This document shows, in pieces, positions 50,590 through 59,848 of a stretch of 64,000 nucleotides of DNA. Under the pieces are notes generated by a model. That model worked only from the letters and a program-made list of their open reading frames with translations, made no database searches and had not been told where the DNA came from. The DNA is from Actinomycetes bacterium (lineage in GTDB: Bacteria > Actinomycetota > Acidimicrobiia > Acidimicrobiales > JAJYXR01). The stretch covers positions 5,048 through 69,047 of the forward strand of contig JAJYXR010000007.1 in NCBI GenBank assembly GCA_021801795.1, given 5' to 3'. How positions within the stretch are numbered: position 1 is the first letter of the stretch; the number at the start of each line of letters is the position of its first letter. The translations under genes were made by a program, and so were the position numbers.

Positions 50590-51498
50590 ATGAGCGACGG
50601 CAGGCAGGCTGGCGCCGGGGGCAGCCACGTGGAGGAGCCCGGGAGCGGCCCTTCCGAGCGCGCCGGCTCCTCCAGGATCGACGACCCGGTGAACGTGCTG
50701 CTCGCCGAAGACGAGGAGTCCTTCGTGGACGCGCTGGTGGTGGGGCTGGGAAGGGAGGGCTTCTCCGTCACGGTCGCCCGCGACGGAGCGGAGGCCCTCG
50801 ACCTGTTCGGCACCATGGACTTCGACGTCGTGCTGCTCGACCTCATGCTCCCGAAGCTCTCCGGCATCGACGTCTGCAGGTCCATCCGTGCCCGCTCCAC
50901 CGTCCCCATCATCATGGTGACCGCGAAGACCACCGAGATCGACACAGTGGTGGGCCTGGAGGTGGGAGCCGACGACTACGTCACCAAGCCCTACCGGCTG
51001 CGCGAGCTGGTCGCGAGGATGCGGGCGGTGCTGAGGCGCTCTCCCACCATGGCTGCCCCCGCCGCAGGCACCACCCGTCACCAGGCCGCGGGGCACTCGG
51101 CCGCGCATGCACCACGCGTAGATGTCCGGCCCGACAGGCCAGGAACCCGACTGACCACTGCCGGCAAGGTCCTCCATGCCGCCGGCATCGAGGTGGACCC
51201 CGACCGCCACCGGGTGTTCGTCCGCGGGCAGGAGGTGCAGCTGAGGAGAAAGGAGTTCGGCCTGCTGGAGCTGCTCATGGAGAACGCCGGGATGGTGCTC
51301 ACCCGCGACATCCTCATAGACAGGATCTGGGGTGCCGACTACGTGGGCGACACGAAGACCCTCGATGTCCACATAAAGCGGCTCCGGTCACACATAGAGG
51401 TGAACCCCTCCTCCCCGCGTATCATCACCACGGTACGTGGGGTCGGATACCGCTTCGAGGTGCCGCCACCTGGCGGTGAGTTACCCGCAGGCTGCTAG
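50590..51498 (+). CDS. regX3: OmpR/PhoB-family response regulator (RegX3-like)
   Basis: The ATG at 50590 lies 1 nt after the kinase stop. VLLAEDEESF..VVLLDLMLP..MVTAK..DDYVTKPY..VLTRD.LIDRIWGADYVGDTKTLDVHIKRLRSHIE closely matches mycobacterial RegX3. It has a 34-aa N-terminal extension and a ~27-aa longer interdomain linker. Confidence 0.85.
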   Translation: MSDGRQAGAGGSHVEEPGSGPSERAGSSRIDDPVNVLLAEDEESFVDALVVGLGREGFSVTVARDGAEALDLFGTMDFDVVLLDLMLPKLSGIDVCRSIRARSTVPIIMVTAKTTEIDTVVGLEVGADDYVTKPYRLRELVARMRAVLRRSPTMAAPAAGTTRHQAAGHSAAHAPRVDVRPDRPGTRLTTAGKVLHAAGIEVDPDRHRVFVRGQEVQLRRKEFGLLELLMENAGMVLTRDILIDRIWGADYVGDTKTLDVHIKRLRSHIEVNPSSPRIITTVRGVGYRFEVPPPGGELPAGC

Positions 51499-52364
51499 TA
51501 GTAGCCGAGGCGGTTCATGAGCTGGCTGGCCTCGGCATCGACGTCCTCCAGGTCCCCGGGGCTGAGGGCAGACAGGTACCTGCCTATGGACCCGGTGTGC
51601 GCGTAGGAGAGCTGTTCGACCAGGGTCTCCGTATCGCAGCCGACAGCAGGGGCGAGTACGCGGCCAACGCCCTGGGGATCTGAGCAGAGCTGCTCGTAGT
51701 GGAGCATCAGGGACGCCCTACCCGGAGCGGCCAGGTCCAGCGCCGCAGACACGTAGCGCCGCCAGCACCAGGCGGCCCGCCTGGCATCGGATACCTCGGA
51801 GAACTCACGCCTCCTCGATGGCTCGGTCCAGAACCGCGGAACGTTTCCCAGCTGCCAGTCGTTCACGTCGCGATCGGAGTTGGACGCAGACAGCCAGCCG
51901 TCACGCATGAGCGAGGCGGTCACATCGCGCCCGTCGCGCACTATGTGGATCACCGACACCCTCTCACCGACGTGCTTCAGCGCATGGGCCACGAACGCGA
52001 GCTCAGGTGCGTGGACTACCGGGCGCAGCATCCGGCCAGAGGGCTCCCTGTGGCCCGAGCCAGCCGGGGTATCGGCCTCCGCAGTCGGCATCTCGTGGCA
52101 AACCGGATCTCCCATGACATCGAGGATCGCCTGGCGGATCTCTGCTGCGAGAGCCCGAGGGCGCCTTCTCAACAGATCCGGGAGCTTCGGCTTGAACTCC
52201 GGCAACTCGTCGCAGTCGACGAAGCCCGGCGCCGCTGCTATGGCCCTGCCGAGGAAGGTGGTGCCCGAACGCGGGCTACCTACCACGAACACCGGCGAGA
52301 TGTCGTGGCCGCTGCCAGGACGGCGCCTGGTCATCACGAGGACAGGACGCGCGGTCACCGCCAT
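51495..52364 (-). CDS. Sulfotransferase-family protein (PAPS-dependent)
   Basis: VFVVGSPRSGTTFLG (5'-PSB loop) and IHIVRDGRDV (3'-PB motif). Its stop overlaps the regX3 stop by 4 nt (convergent). Confidence 0.8.
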   Translation of the reverse strand: MAVTARPVLVMTRRRPGSGHDISPVFVVGSPRSGTTFLGRAIAAAPGFVDCDELPEFKPKLPDLLRRRPRALAAEIRQAILDVMGDPVCHEMPTAEADTPAGSGHREPSGRMLRPVVHAPELAFVAHALKHVGERVSVIHIVRDGRDVTASLMRDGWLSASNSDRDVNDWQLGNVPRFWTEPSRRREFSEVSDARRAAWCWRRYVSAALDLAAPGRASLMLHYEQLCSDPQGVGRVLAPAVGCDTETLVEQLSYAHTGSIGRYLSALSPGDLEDVDAEASQLMNRLGYY

Positions 52365-52425
52365 AGAGCCTACGGTGAATGTCCCCAGTTCGCGCGGATG
52401 CTCCCAACAGGCGGTACCGCCCGCC

Positions 52426-52508
52426 GCGTCAGCCCGCCGCGTCAGCCCGCGGCGTCAGCCCGCGGCGTCAGCCCGCCGCGTCAGCCCGCTCGGCGGCGTC
52501 AGCCCGCC
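52426..52508. repeat. 13-bp non-coding tandem repeat x6 (GCGTCAGCCCGCS)
   Basis: Units at 52426-38, 52439-51, 52452-64, 52465-77 and 52478-90, then a 5-nt insertion, then 52496-508. The serS stop (52499-52501) lies inside the last unit. Confidence 0.9.
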
Positions 52509-53797
52509 GCGGGACGCGGCTGGATCAGGGTGGATCCTCCGAGGTAGGGCCCGAGGACCTCCGGGAGCGCCACCGAGCCGTCGGGACGACGACCGACCTC
52601 TACCAGGGCGGCCCAGATGCGGGCCCAGGCTAGGGCGGAACCGTTCAGGGTGTGCACCAGCACCGGGGAGCCACCCGAGGAGGGCCGGTAGCGTATGGAG
52701 GCCCGGCGGGCCTGGTAGTCCGAGAACCAGCTCACCGAGGACACCTCGAGCCACTGGTCGCATCCGGGCGCGTATGCCTCCAGGTCGAAGGTGCGTGCGG
52801 AGGAGGCCCCCAGATCCCCGGTGCAGAGGTCGACGACCCTGTACTCGAGACCCAGATCCTTGAGCAGCTTCTCGGCCCTGGCGAGCATCTCGGCATGGAG
52901 ACCCGGCGCCTGCTCGGGAGTGGCGAGCGCCAGGATCTCCACCTTGTCGAACTCGTGAACCCTGAGAAGACCCCTGGTGTCACGGCCTGCAGCACCAGCC
53001 TCGCGCCTGAAGCAGGCAGTGGAGGCTGTGAGCCTCACCGGCAGGTCCTCCTCGGCGAGGATCTCGCCCCGGTGAAGCGAGGTGAGGGGCACCTCGGCCG
53101 TGGGTATCGCCCAGAGGTCGTCGCGCTCTACGTGGTAGGCCTCGTCCGAGAACTTCGGGAGGTGGCCGGTGGCCACCATGGTCTCGCTGCGCACCAGCGT
53201 CGGTGGCCGGATCTCCTCGAAGGCATCCGCATGGGAGTCCAGGGCGAACGCGCTGAGTGCCCGGAGCAGTCGTGAGCCCATGCCCCTGAAGAGGGGGAAC
53301 ATGGAGCCCGAGAGCCTGGCCCCACGCTCCAGGTCGAGGATGCCCAGTTCCTCGCCGATGGTCCAGTGGGGCACCCTCTGGAAGGGCTCGTACACCCGCT
53401 GCCCTTCCGGCCAGCGCCGTATCACGACGTTGTCCTGGGGGCCGGTGCCGTCGGGTGCATCCTCCGATGGGATGTTCGGCAGTGCCAGCAGCAGGTCCCG
53501 GACCTCCGACTGTGCCCTGTCCACCTCCGCGTCGAGGACGCTCCCAGCCACGCCGAGCTGGCGACTCTCTGCCGCCAGGGCCTCGGCTCCGTGCTCATCA
53601 CCTTTCCGGCGGGCCAGGGCCACCTGGCGCGATATCTCCTTCACCCTTGCCCGCAGCTCGTCACGCTGTCCGGTAGCGAGACGGCTCGCCGAGTCGAAGT
53701 CCCCGAGGCGGTCCACCAGATCTGGGGACACTCCCCTGCGCCCCAGAGCGCGCTTTACCCCAGCAGGATCCTCTCTCACCAACCGAATGTCGATCAT
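52499..53797 (-). CDS. serS: Seryl-tRNA synthetase
   Basis: ATG 53797 gives the canonical MIDIRLVREDP N-terminus. Coiled-coil arm and class II motifs (..FRREAGAAGRDTRGLLRVHEF.KVE..). The track ORF extends to 53926. Confidence 0.9.
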   Translation of the reverse strand: MIDIRLVREDPAGVKRALGRRGVSPDLVDRLGDFDSASRLATGQRDELRARVKEISRQVALARRKGDEHGAEALAAESRQLGVAGSVLDAEVDRAQSEVRDLLLALPNIPSEDAPDGTGPQDNVVIRRWPEGQRVYEPFQRVPHWTIGEELGILDLERGARLSGSMFPLFRGMGSRLLRALSAFALDSHADAFEEIRPPTLVRSETMVATGHLPKFSDEAYHVERDDLWAIPTAEVPLTSLHRGEILAEEDLPVRLTASTACFRREAGAAGRDTRGLLRVHEFDKVEILALATPEQAPGLHAEMLARAEKLLKDLGLEYRVVDLCTGDLGASSARTFDLEAYAPGCDQWLEVSSVSWFSDYQARRASIRYRPSSGGSPVLVHTLNGSALAWARIWAALVEVGRRPDGSVALPEVLGPYLGGSTLIQPRPAAG

Positions 53798-53826
53798 GTC
53801 ATCGCCAAAGCTAGCCTGCAGCAGTA

Positions 53827-54807
53827 GTGGAAGGAACCTCTGAAGACAGAGCCGCGGTGCACTGCGAGGGCCTGGTGATGAGATATGGAACCACCCTGGC
53901 CGTCGACGGTCTGTCCTTCGAAGCACACCGGGGCCAGGTTCTGGCGATACTCGGACCGAACGGAGCAGGAAAGACCTCCACCGTCGAAGCCCTGGAGGGC
54001 TACCGGAAGCCAGAGTCGGGAACCCTCCGCATCCTCGGGTTGGATCCCCAGCGCCACCACGCCGAGCTGAGGGCTCGCATAGGCGTCATGCTCCAGCGCG
54101 CAGGGGTATACCCGGTCATGAGCGCCCGCCAGGTGCTCAGACTGTTCGCCTCCTACTACCGCGACCCAGAAGACCCCGAGGACCTCCTGGCGCTGCTCGG
54201 GCTCAGCGAGGTGGCCCGGACTCCCTGGAAACGGCTCTCGGGTGGCGAGCAGCAACGCCTCTCGCTCGCCCTGGCCCTGGTCGGCCGTCCCGAGGTGGTC
54301 TTCCTCGACGAACCGACTGCCGGCGTCGACCCCGAGGGTCGCATAGCCATCCGCTCGGTCCTCCAGGGCCTACGCGAGCGGTCCGTGGCGGTGGTCCTGA
54401 CCACCCACGAGCTCGCCGAAGCCGAGAAGGTGGCCGACCAGGTGATCATCATGGCGCAGGGGACTGCTCGCGCCCGGGGAACTGTCGACGAGCTGAGGAG
54501 GTCCTTTGCCCGCGCGCTTATCCAGTTCAGAACCGCTATCCAGATCGACGAGTCCGCTCTGGCCGCCGCCCTCGGGATACCAGCCGGTGGGGTCGCCCGA
54601 ACCCCTGGGGGAGACTACGAGGTCCTGCTCCCCCCCTCGGCTGACCTGGTCTCCCGTCTGGCTGCCTGGCTACAGGAGCATGGCGTCGAGCTGACCTCCC
54701 TATCCACCGGCGAGGGGACCCTGGAGGACCTGTACATGGAGGTGCTGGCTGGCGTGGGCCAGTCAGGGTCCTCGGCGGTGGCAGCCGCGGAGCCGGCGAC
54801 CAAGTGA
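53827..54807 (+). CDS. ABC transporter ATP-binding protein (ABC-2/DrrA-like exporter)
   Basis: Walker A GPNGAGKTST, signature LSGGEQQRLSLA, Walker B VVFLDEPTAG. Confidence 0.85.
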   Translation: MEGTSEDRAAVHCEGLVMRYGTTLAVDGLSFEAHRGQVLAILGPNGAGKTSTVEALEGYRKPESGTLRILGLDPQRHHAELRARIGVMLQRAGVYPVMSARQVLRLFASYYRDPEDPEDLLALLGLSEVARTPWKRLSGGEQQRLSLALALVGRPEVVFLDEPTAGVDPEGRIAIRSVLQGLRERSVAVVLTTHELAEAEKVADQVIIMAQGTARARGTVDELRRSFARALIQFRTAIQIDESALAAALGIPAGGVARTPGGDYEVLLPPSADLVSRLAAWLQEHGVELTSLSTGEGTLEDLYMEVLAGVGQSGSSAVAAAEPATK

Positions 54808-55568
54808 GCGACTCGAGCCATAGGGAGCCCGCTTCGTCGAGCTCGGCGGCCAGGAGGCTCGGCGCACAGACCGCCGCGGAGATCTCGATGACGCTGAGGC
54901 GGGGCGAGTCTCTGCTGCTCACGATCGGCATACCGGTGGTGCTCCTCGTGTTCTTCTCCTCGGTCCATGTGCTGCCTGCCGGTAGGCACCCGATCACCTT
55001 CCTGGCACCGGGGATAATCGCCCTGGCGATCATGTCGACCTCCCTGGTGAACCTCAGCATCGCCACCGGGTTCGAACGGGGATATGGCGTCCTGAAACGC
55101 CTGGGATCCACCCCGCTCGCCAGGCCCACGCTGCTCGCGGCAAAGGTGGCGGCCGTGCTCGTGGTGGAGCTGGCGCAGATCCTGGTCCTCGTCGTCACAG
55201 CCTACGCGCTCGGCTGGCGGATGAGTGCCGACGCAGGGGCGGCAGTCGCCGTGGTGCTGCTCGGCACCGCCGGCTTCGGCGGCATCGGGCTGCTGATGGC
55301 GGGAACGCTGCGGGCGGAGCTGAACCTGGCGGCCTCGAACGGCCTCTGGCTGCTACTGCTGCTCGTGAGCGGGATGCTGGTCCCTATCGACAGGCTCCCA
55401 CACTGGCTCGCAGACGTGGCTCGGGTCCTGCCCTCCGCTGCTCTGGCCAGCGCCCTGCACCGGTCTCTCGGCCTGGGCACCGCCGTGGGACTCGACTCAT
55501 GGGTGGTCCTCACCGCCTGGGCAGCCGGGGCAGCGGCGGCAGCAGTAGCAGCCTTCCGCTGGGAGTAA
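54804..55568 (+). CDS. ABC-2 type transporter permease
   Basis: Six TM helices and a 4-nt overlap with the ATPase gene. ABC-ctaA/ctaB synteny is typical of actinobacteria. Confidence 0.8.
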   Translation: MSDSSHREPASSSSAARRLGAQTAAEISMTLRRGESLLLTIGIPVVLLVFFSSVHVLPAGRHPITFLAPGIIALAIMSTSLVNLSIATGFERGYGVLKRLGSTPLARPTLLAAKVAAVLVVELAQILVLVVTAYALGWRMSADAGAAVAVVLLGTAGFGGIGLLMAGTLRAELNLAASNGLWLLLLLVSGMLVPIDRLPHWLADVARVLPSAALASALHRSLGLGTAVGLDSWVVLTAWAAGAAAAAVAAFRWE

Positions 55569-55635
55569 GGGCCGCCGAGACGCTCCCGGGCATCCCCTCG
55601 CCCCGGGTGGCAGCAGTAACAGCCTTCCGCTGGGA

Positions 55636-56322
55636 TCAGGAGCGGCGAGAGCTGGCCTCCAGGCGAGGGATCCAGGCCAGCAGCAGCTTCGGGGTGACAG
55701 GGCCGAGGATGGTCTTCGCGATGGTGCCGTTCGCGTAGACCAGCACGGTGCTGGGCAGCCCGCGCAGGTCCAGCAGTCCTGCCGCGACCCGGTCGTTCGG
55801 ATCGGACCCCACCGGGAAGCGCACCCGGGCGCTCCTTATGAAGGGGAGGGCGCTGGAGGCGGTGTCGTCGACGTCTATGCCGATGAAGGCCACCCGGGAC
55901 TCTCCATGCGGTGGCGGGGGGCCGCTGGCCACCCGTGCGGCCACCTGGGCGACCTTGGGCACCTCGGCCCTGCAAGGTGGGCACCATGACGCGAAGAACA
56001 CCAGCACCACCGGCCGGTCGACGCCAGCTCCGAGAGCCGGCAGCCTGATGGACTGGCCACCTCCGAGCCGCTGCAGGCTGAAGGCCGGAAGACTGCCAGG
56101 TGAGCCGCCATGCAGCTCGCGGGGGTTTCCCGAGGCTGGCGACCCTGAGCTCCCCTGGGAGCCGCCGGAGCTGAACAGCCCGGCAGCCAGGAGGCCGGCC
56201 AGGACAATGCCTACGGCGACCGAGAGCAACCGCCTGCGCCCTCGATGGTCCTTCTGGGCTGGCCTAGCGCTCTCTGGCTCGACTCCTGGTGCTGCCAGCG
56301 GAGGTGCCTGGTCGGGGTCCAC
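55636..56322 (-). CDS. Membrane-anchored thioredoxin-like thiol:disulfide oxidoreductase (TlpA/ResA-like)
   Basis: N-terminal TM and FFASWCPPCRAEVP (CxxC redoxin motif). GTG 56322 lies 7 nt after the ctaB stop. The track ORF extends to 56454. Confidence 0.75.
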   Translation of the reverse strand: MDPDQAPPLAAPGVEPESARPAQKDHRGRRRLLSVAVGIVLAGLLAAGLFSSGGSQGSSGSPASGNPRELHGGSPGSLPAFSLQRLGGGQSIRLPALGAGVDRPVVLVFFASWCPPCRAEVPKVAQVAARVASGPPPPHGESRVAFIGIDVDDTASSALPFIRSARVRFPVGSDPNDRVAAGLLDLRGLPSTVLVYANGTIAKTILGPVTPKLLLAWIPRLEASSRRS

Positions 56323-56329
56323 GACTGGA

Positions 56330-57238
56330 TCAGTGGAAGCGGACCAGCACGTCTCCGGCCATGGCGACGAAGAGCATGGTGAGGTAGGTGATGGAGTAGT
56401 GGAAGAGGCGCATGGCAGCCTTGGGGCTCTGCTCCCGCAGGAGCCGCAGGGCATTCAGGACGAAGATCGCTCCCAGCACGAGAGCGCTGGCCAGGTAGAG
56501 GATCCCCATGTGCCCGACGGGGTAGAAGACGATGGTGAGTGCGACCATGAGGACGGTGTAGGCCAGTATCTGGCGCGAGGTCTTCGCGAGCGAGGCGACT
56601 GCCGGCAGCATGGGGACGTGCGCTGCCTGGTAGTCGTCGCGGTAGCGAACGGCCAGCGCCCAGAAGTGGGGTGGGGTCCAGACGAAGATGATGGCGAAGA
56701 GCACCAGAGGCGCCCATCCGAGCCGGTCGGTCACCGCTGCCCAGCCGACCAGCACGGGCACGGCTCCCGCGGCCCCGCCGATGACGATGTTCTGGCTGGA
56801 GGTCCGCTTCAGCCAGATGGTGTAGACCAGCACGTAGAAGAGGGTCGCGGCCACGGCCAGCAGGGCCGAGAGCAGGTTCACCGCGAACCAGAGCTCCAGG
56901 AAGGCGGCCACCTCGAGGCATACGGCGAACACGCCCGCCGCCAGTGGCTCCAGCTCCCCTGTCACCAGGGGACGGTTGCGGGTCCTGTGCATTACCTGGT
57001 CGATGTCGCGGTCGATCACCATGTTCATGGCGTTGGCACCACCCGCGGCCAGGGCACCACCGGCCAGCGTCGCCACCATGAGACCCACCGATGGCACGCC
57101 CCTGCGGGCGACGAACATCGTCGGCAGGGTGGTGACCAGCAGGAGCTCGATGATCCGGGGCTTCGTAAGAGCCAGGTAGCTGCGGATCTTCGCTGAGCGC
57201 GACCTGATGCCTGCCAGTGCAGGGGCGAAGGTGGACAT
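56330..57238 (-). CDS. ctaB: Protoheme IX farnesyltransferase (heme O synthase)
   Basis: SYLALTKPRIIELLLVTT, NMVIDRDIDQVMHRTRNRPL and UbiA-family polytopic topology. ATG 57238 is preferred over 57328. Confidence 0.85.
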   Translation of the reverse strand: MSTFAPALAGIRSRSAKIRSYLALTKPRIIELLLVTTLPTMFVARRGVPSVGLMVATLAGGALAAGGANAMNMVIDRDIDQVMHRTRNRPLVTGELEPLAAGVFAVCLEVAAFLELWFAVNLLSALLAVAATLFYVLVYTIWLKRTSSQNIVIGGAAGAVPVLVGWAAVTDRLGWAPLVLFAIIFVWTPPHFWALAVRYRDDYQAAHVPMLPAVASLAKTSRQILAYTVLMVALTIVFYPVGHMGILYLASALVLGAIFVLNALRLLREQSPKAAMRLFHYSITYLTMLFVAMAGDVLVRFH

Positions 57239-57380
57239 CAACGGGAGCCTACGTCCGCTGGCACCACCCCGACAACGCGGAGCCTGACACGGACTGCGCG
57301 GGTCGCGGCCCGCCAGGAGACCCCCCATCAGGCCTGCCGCCTAGTGCAGGATCGCGCACCGCTATTAGTATTGGCTTCCA

Positions 57381-58520
57381 GTGCAAGCCGAACAGACTCC
57401 CGTATCGGGCCGCGCCGGTATAGCTGGAGGCTCCGGTGCTCCGGGGCCTGGCGGCTCGTCCGGTCCGGGGCCTGGCGGCTCATCCGGTCCGGGGCCTGGC
57501 GGCTCATCCGGTCCGGGGCCTGGCGGCTCATCCGGTCCGGGGCCTGGCCAGGTGCCAGGGGGCCGGCAGAGGTGGTATGCCCGCCCCGTAGTCGCCACCC
57601 GTCTGGCCCAGGCGGCGGCAGTGATGGTGGTGCTGAACATCGTCTCGGGTGGTTCGGTGCGGCTTTCTGGATCTGGCCTCGGATGCCCGGACTGGCCGAC
57701 CTGCTCGAAGAGGAGCATCACGCCCGCTCTGTCGCTGCACCCGATGATCGAGTTCGGGAACAGGATGGTGGTGGTCCTGCTGGTGATCGTGGCTGGGGCA
57801 GCGCTGCTGGCGGTGCTGGCACGCAGGCCATACCGCGGTGACCTCGCGTGGCTGGCATCGGGTCTGGTGGCCGGAATATTCGCGGAGGCCGGGGTGGGGG
57901 CTGCTGTGGTCTACTCCCACCTGAACCCCTACGTGGTGGCCGGCCACTTCTTCCTCGGGATAGTGCTGCTGGCGAACGCGACTGTGCTCGCGCTGCGCTC
58001 GAGCCACGCGCCGGGGAGGGGAGTCCCGAAGGTGGCCCGACGCGAGCTGCGCCTGGCAGCCATGACCCTCGCGGTGCTGGCATGTGCCATGGCGGCCGGC
58101 AGCGCGGCCACCGGAGCCGGGCCTCACGCTGGTGGACCAGGAGCCAAGCGGATACCGGTTCCCTTCGAGGACCTGGTCCGTACCCACTCGATCGTGGTGA
58201 TCGTCGCGGGCGCCATGCTTCTCGTGCTGCTCGCTGCCCTCTACCGCGCTGATGCTCCAGTCGACGTCCAGGACCGCGGCAGGATCCTGCTGGTGGTGAT
58301 GGCAGCCCAGGGCGTGCTCGGCTACACCCAGTACTTCCTCCACGTCCCCGCGGTGCTGGTGGGCTTCCACATTCTCGGGGCAGCGCTGGTGACCGTGATC
58401 GCCATCTGGTTCGTGGCATCGATGCTCTACCACCAGCCAGCTGACACCGAGGGATCGCGTCCGGGCGCACCTGAGGAGTACGTGGCATCCGCCAGGCACC
58501 TGGACCGGGTCGGCGCATGA
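57381..58520 (+). CDS. ctaA: Heme A synthase (COX15/CtaA); start uncertain (GTG 57381 or GTG 57552)
   Basis: [16 protein letters not shown], conserved His-containing TM helices (..EFGNRMV.., ..GHFFLG..) and 8-TM topology. Confidence 0.8.
   Translation: MQAEQTPVSGRAGIAGGSGAPGPGGSSGPGPGGSSGPGPGGSSGPGPGGSSGPGPGQVPGGRQRWYARPVVATRLAQAAAVMVVLNIVSGGSVRLSGSGLGCPDWPTCSKRSITPALSLHPMIEFGNRMVVVLLVIVAGAALLAVLARRPYRGDLAWLASGLVAGIFAEAGVGAAVVYSHLNPYVVAGHFFLGIVLLANATVLALRSSHAPGRGVPKVARRELRLAAMTLAVLACAMAAGSAATGAGPHAGGPGAKRIPVPFEDLVRTHSIVVIVAGAMLLVLLAALYRADAPVDVQDRGRILLVVMAAQGVLGYTQYFLHVPAVLVGFHILGAALVTVIAIWFVASMLYHQPADTEGSRPGAPEEYVASARHLDRVGA
57441..57549. repeat. 24-bp tandem repeat x4.5 (CCGGGGCCTGGCGGCTCRTCCGGT)
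   Basis: Units at 57441-64, 57465-88, 57489-512 and 57513-36, with a partial unit at 57537-49. It lies either in the ctaA N-terminal extension (GPGGSSGP)n or in the ctaB/ctaA divergent leader, depending on the true ctaA start. Confidence 0.9.
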
Positions 58521-58843
58521 GGGTGAGGTCTGCCGAGACCTCGGGGGCACCCGCGGAGGTGATGCCGGAGAAGGTCGACGAGCCGGTAGGCGGCGAGAAG
58601 GACGTAGCCGATCGCCCCTGGCTGGTCATCGTCTGGAACGACCCCATTAACCTGATGACCTATGTCACCTACGTCTTCCAGAAGCTCTTCGGATACAGCC
58701 GCGACCGGGCGACGAAGCTGATGCTGGACGTGCACAACCGGGGCAGGGCGGTGGTGTCCTCAGGACCGAGGGAACGGGCCGAGCTGGACGTGTTCCGTCT
58801 GCACGAGCACGGGCTCTGGGCGACCATGGAGAAGTCTGAGTGA
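58517..58843 (+). CDS. clpS: ATP-dependent Clp protease adaptor ClpS
   Basis: [47 protein letters not shown] is the canonical ClpS core. It has an ATGA overlap with ctaA. Confidence 0.9.
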   Translation: MRVRSAETSGAPAEVMPEKVDEPVGGEKDVADRPWLVIVWNDPINLMTYVTYVFQKLFGYSRDRATKLMLDVHNRGRAVVSSGPRERAELDVFRLHEHGLWATMEKSE

Positions 58844-59451
58844 TCCTCGGGCACCGGATACATCGTCGCCGGGACGGTCGCTTCCAGATCCGCCTGACGC
58901 CACCGGAGCGCAGCCTGCTGGCAGCACTGCCTTCGCAGGCCCGTGTCCTGCTCGACATGTCCGACCCCTCGACGGTGAGGCTGTTCCCGCCCGCATACCC
59001 TGGCTCACCGGACGCCGAGGCCGACTACAGGGCCCTGATAGGTAAGGAGCTCCTGAGGCGTCACGCGGGCGGCCTGGAGATGATCGCGTCGACAGCCGAC
59101 GCGGAGGAGCTGGACGAGGAGCAGCTCCAGCAGTGGCTCGCGGGCCTTCAGGTGCTGCGGCTGGTGCTCGGCACCCAGCTCGACGTGGCAGAGGACGGCA
59201 CTGCCGGCTCCAGTCGTCGCCGGCAGGCTGCTGGCGGGGATGCAGGGCCATACGCTGACTCCTCCGCTGGCGAGCAGGGTGACGGCGCAGAGGGCGACCG
59301 GGGCTTGGAGGGCAGCGAGGAGGTCGACTCGCACCGTGCCGACGACGAGACCCGCCTGGCGGTCTACCGCTACCTCAGCATGCTCCAGGCCGAGGTGATC
59401 GATAATCTCTCCTCCCGGCTGCCCGCCAGGGGTCGCCACCAGGGCCCCTGA
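58840..59451 (+). CDS. DUF2017-like protein (conserved clpS neighbour in actinobacteria)
   Basis: It has a 4-nt overlap with clp[27 protein letters not shown]... and an acidic C-terminal half are consistent with the clpS-linked DUF2017 family, as I recall it. Confidence 0.65.
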   Translation: MILGHRIHRRRDGRFQIRLTPPERSLLAALPSQARVLLDMSDPSTVRLFPPAYPGSPDAEADYRALIGKELLRRHAGGLEMIASTADAEELDEEQLQQWLAGLQVLRLVLGTQLDVAEDGTAGSSRRRQAAGGDAGPYADSSAGEQGDGAEGDRGLEGSEEVDSHRADDETRLAVYRYLSMLQAEVIDNLSSRLPARGRHQGP

Positions 59452-59472
59452 GAAAGCCGCCGCGAAGGAGCG

Positions 59473-59588
59473 GTGCTGGCTGGCTATCTGGCTGGCTGGA
59501 GGCGTGTCTGTCTGGCTGGCTGTCTGTCTGTCTGGCTGTCTGGCTGGCGGCGTGTCTGTCTGGCTGGCTGTCTGTCTGTCGGCGGCGT
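59473..59588 (+). repeat. Tetranucleotide (CTGG/CTGT)n tract with a 32-nt unit duplicated at a 48-bp period; 88 nt without any A
   Basis: GGCGTGTCTGTCTGGCTGGCTGTCTGTCTGTC occurs at 59501-59532 and 59549-59580. No A is present on the plus strand from 59501 to 59588. It lies between the DUF2017 stop and tRNA-Glu. Confidence 0.85.
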
Positions 59589-59665
59589 ACCAGGAAGGCG
59601 CGGCGCAGGTGCTCGGATGGCATCGGGCGCGAAGCTGGTAACCTTCAGAAGCCCTAACCGGTCGA

Positions 59666-59738
59666 GCCCCCATCGTCTAGCGGCCGAGGACGCCGCCCTT
59701 TCAAGGCGGTAACACGGGTTCGAATCCCGTTGGGGGTG
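59666..59738 (+). tRNA. tRNA-Glu (anticodon UUC)
   Basis: GCCCCCATCGTCTAGCGGCC...CCGCC-CTTTCAA-GGCGG...GGGTTCGAATCCC...TGGGGGT folds as a cloverleaf by eye. The anticodon loop is CT-TTC-AA. Confidence 0.9.
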
Positions 59739-59762
59739 CGTAAGGTGGTGAGGGGTGATCGA

Positions 59763-59837
59763 GGTCCTGTGGTGCAGCCTGGAGTGCACGCCGGCCTGTC
59801 AAGCCGGAGGTCGCGGGTTCAAATCCCGTCAGGACCG
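59763..59837 (+). tRNA. tRNA-Asp (anticodon GUC)
   Basis: GGTCCTGTGGTGCAGCCTGG...CCGGC-CTGTCAA-GCCGG...GGGTTCAAATCCC..CAGGACC. The anticodon loop is CT-GTC-AA. Confidence 0.9.
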
Positions 59838-59848
59838 CAGCAGTTCTA

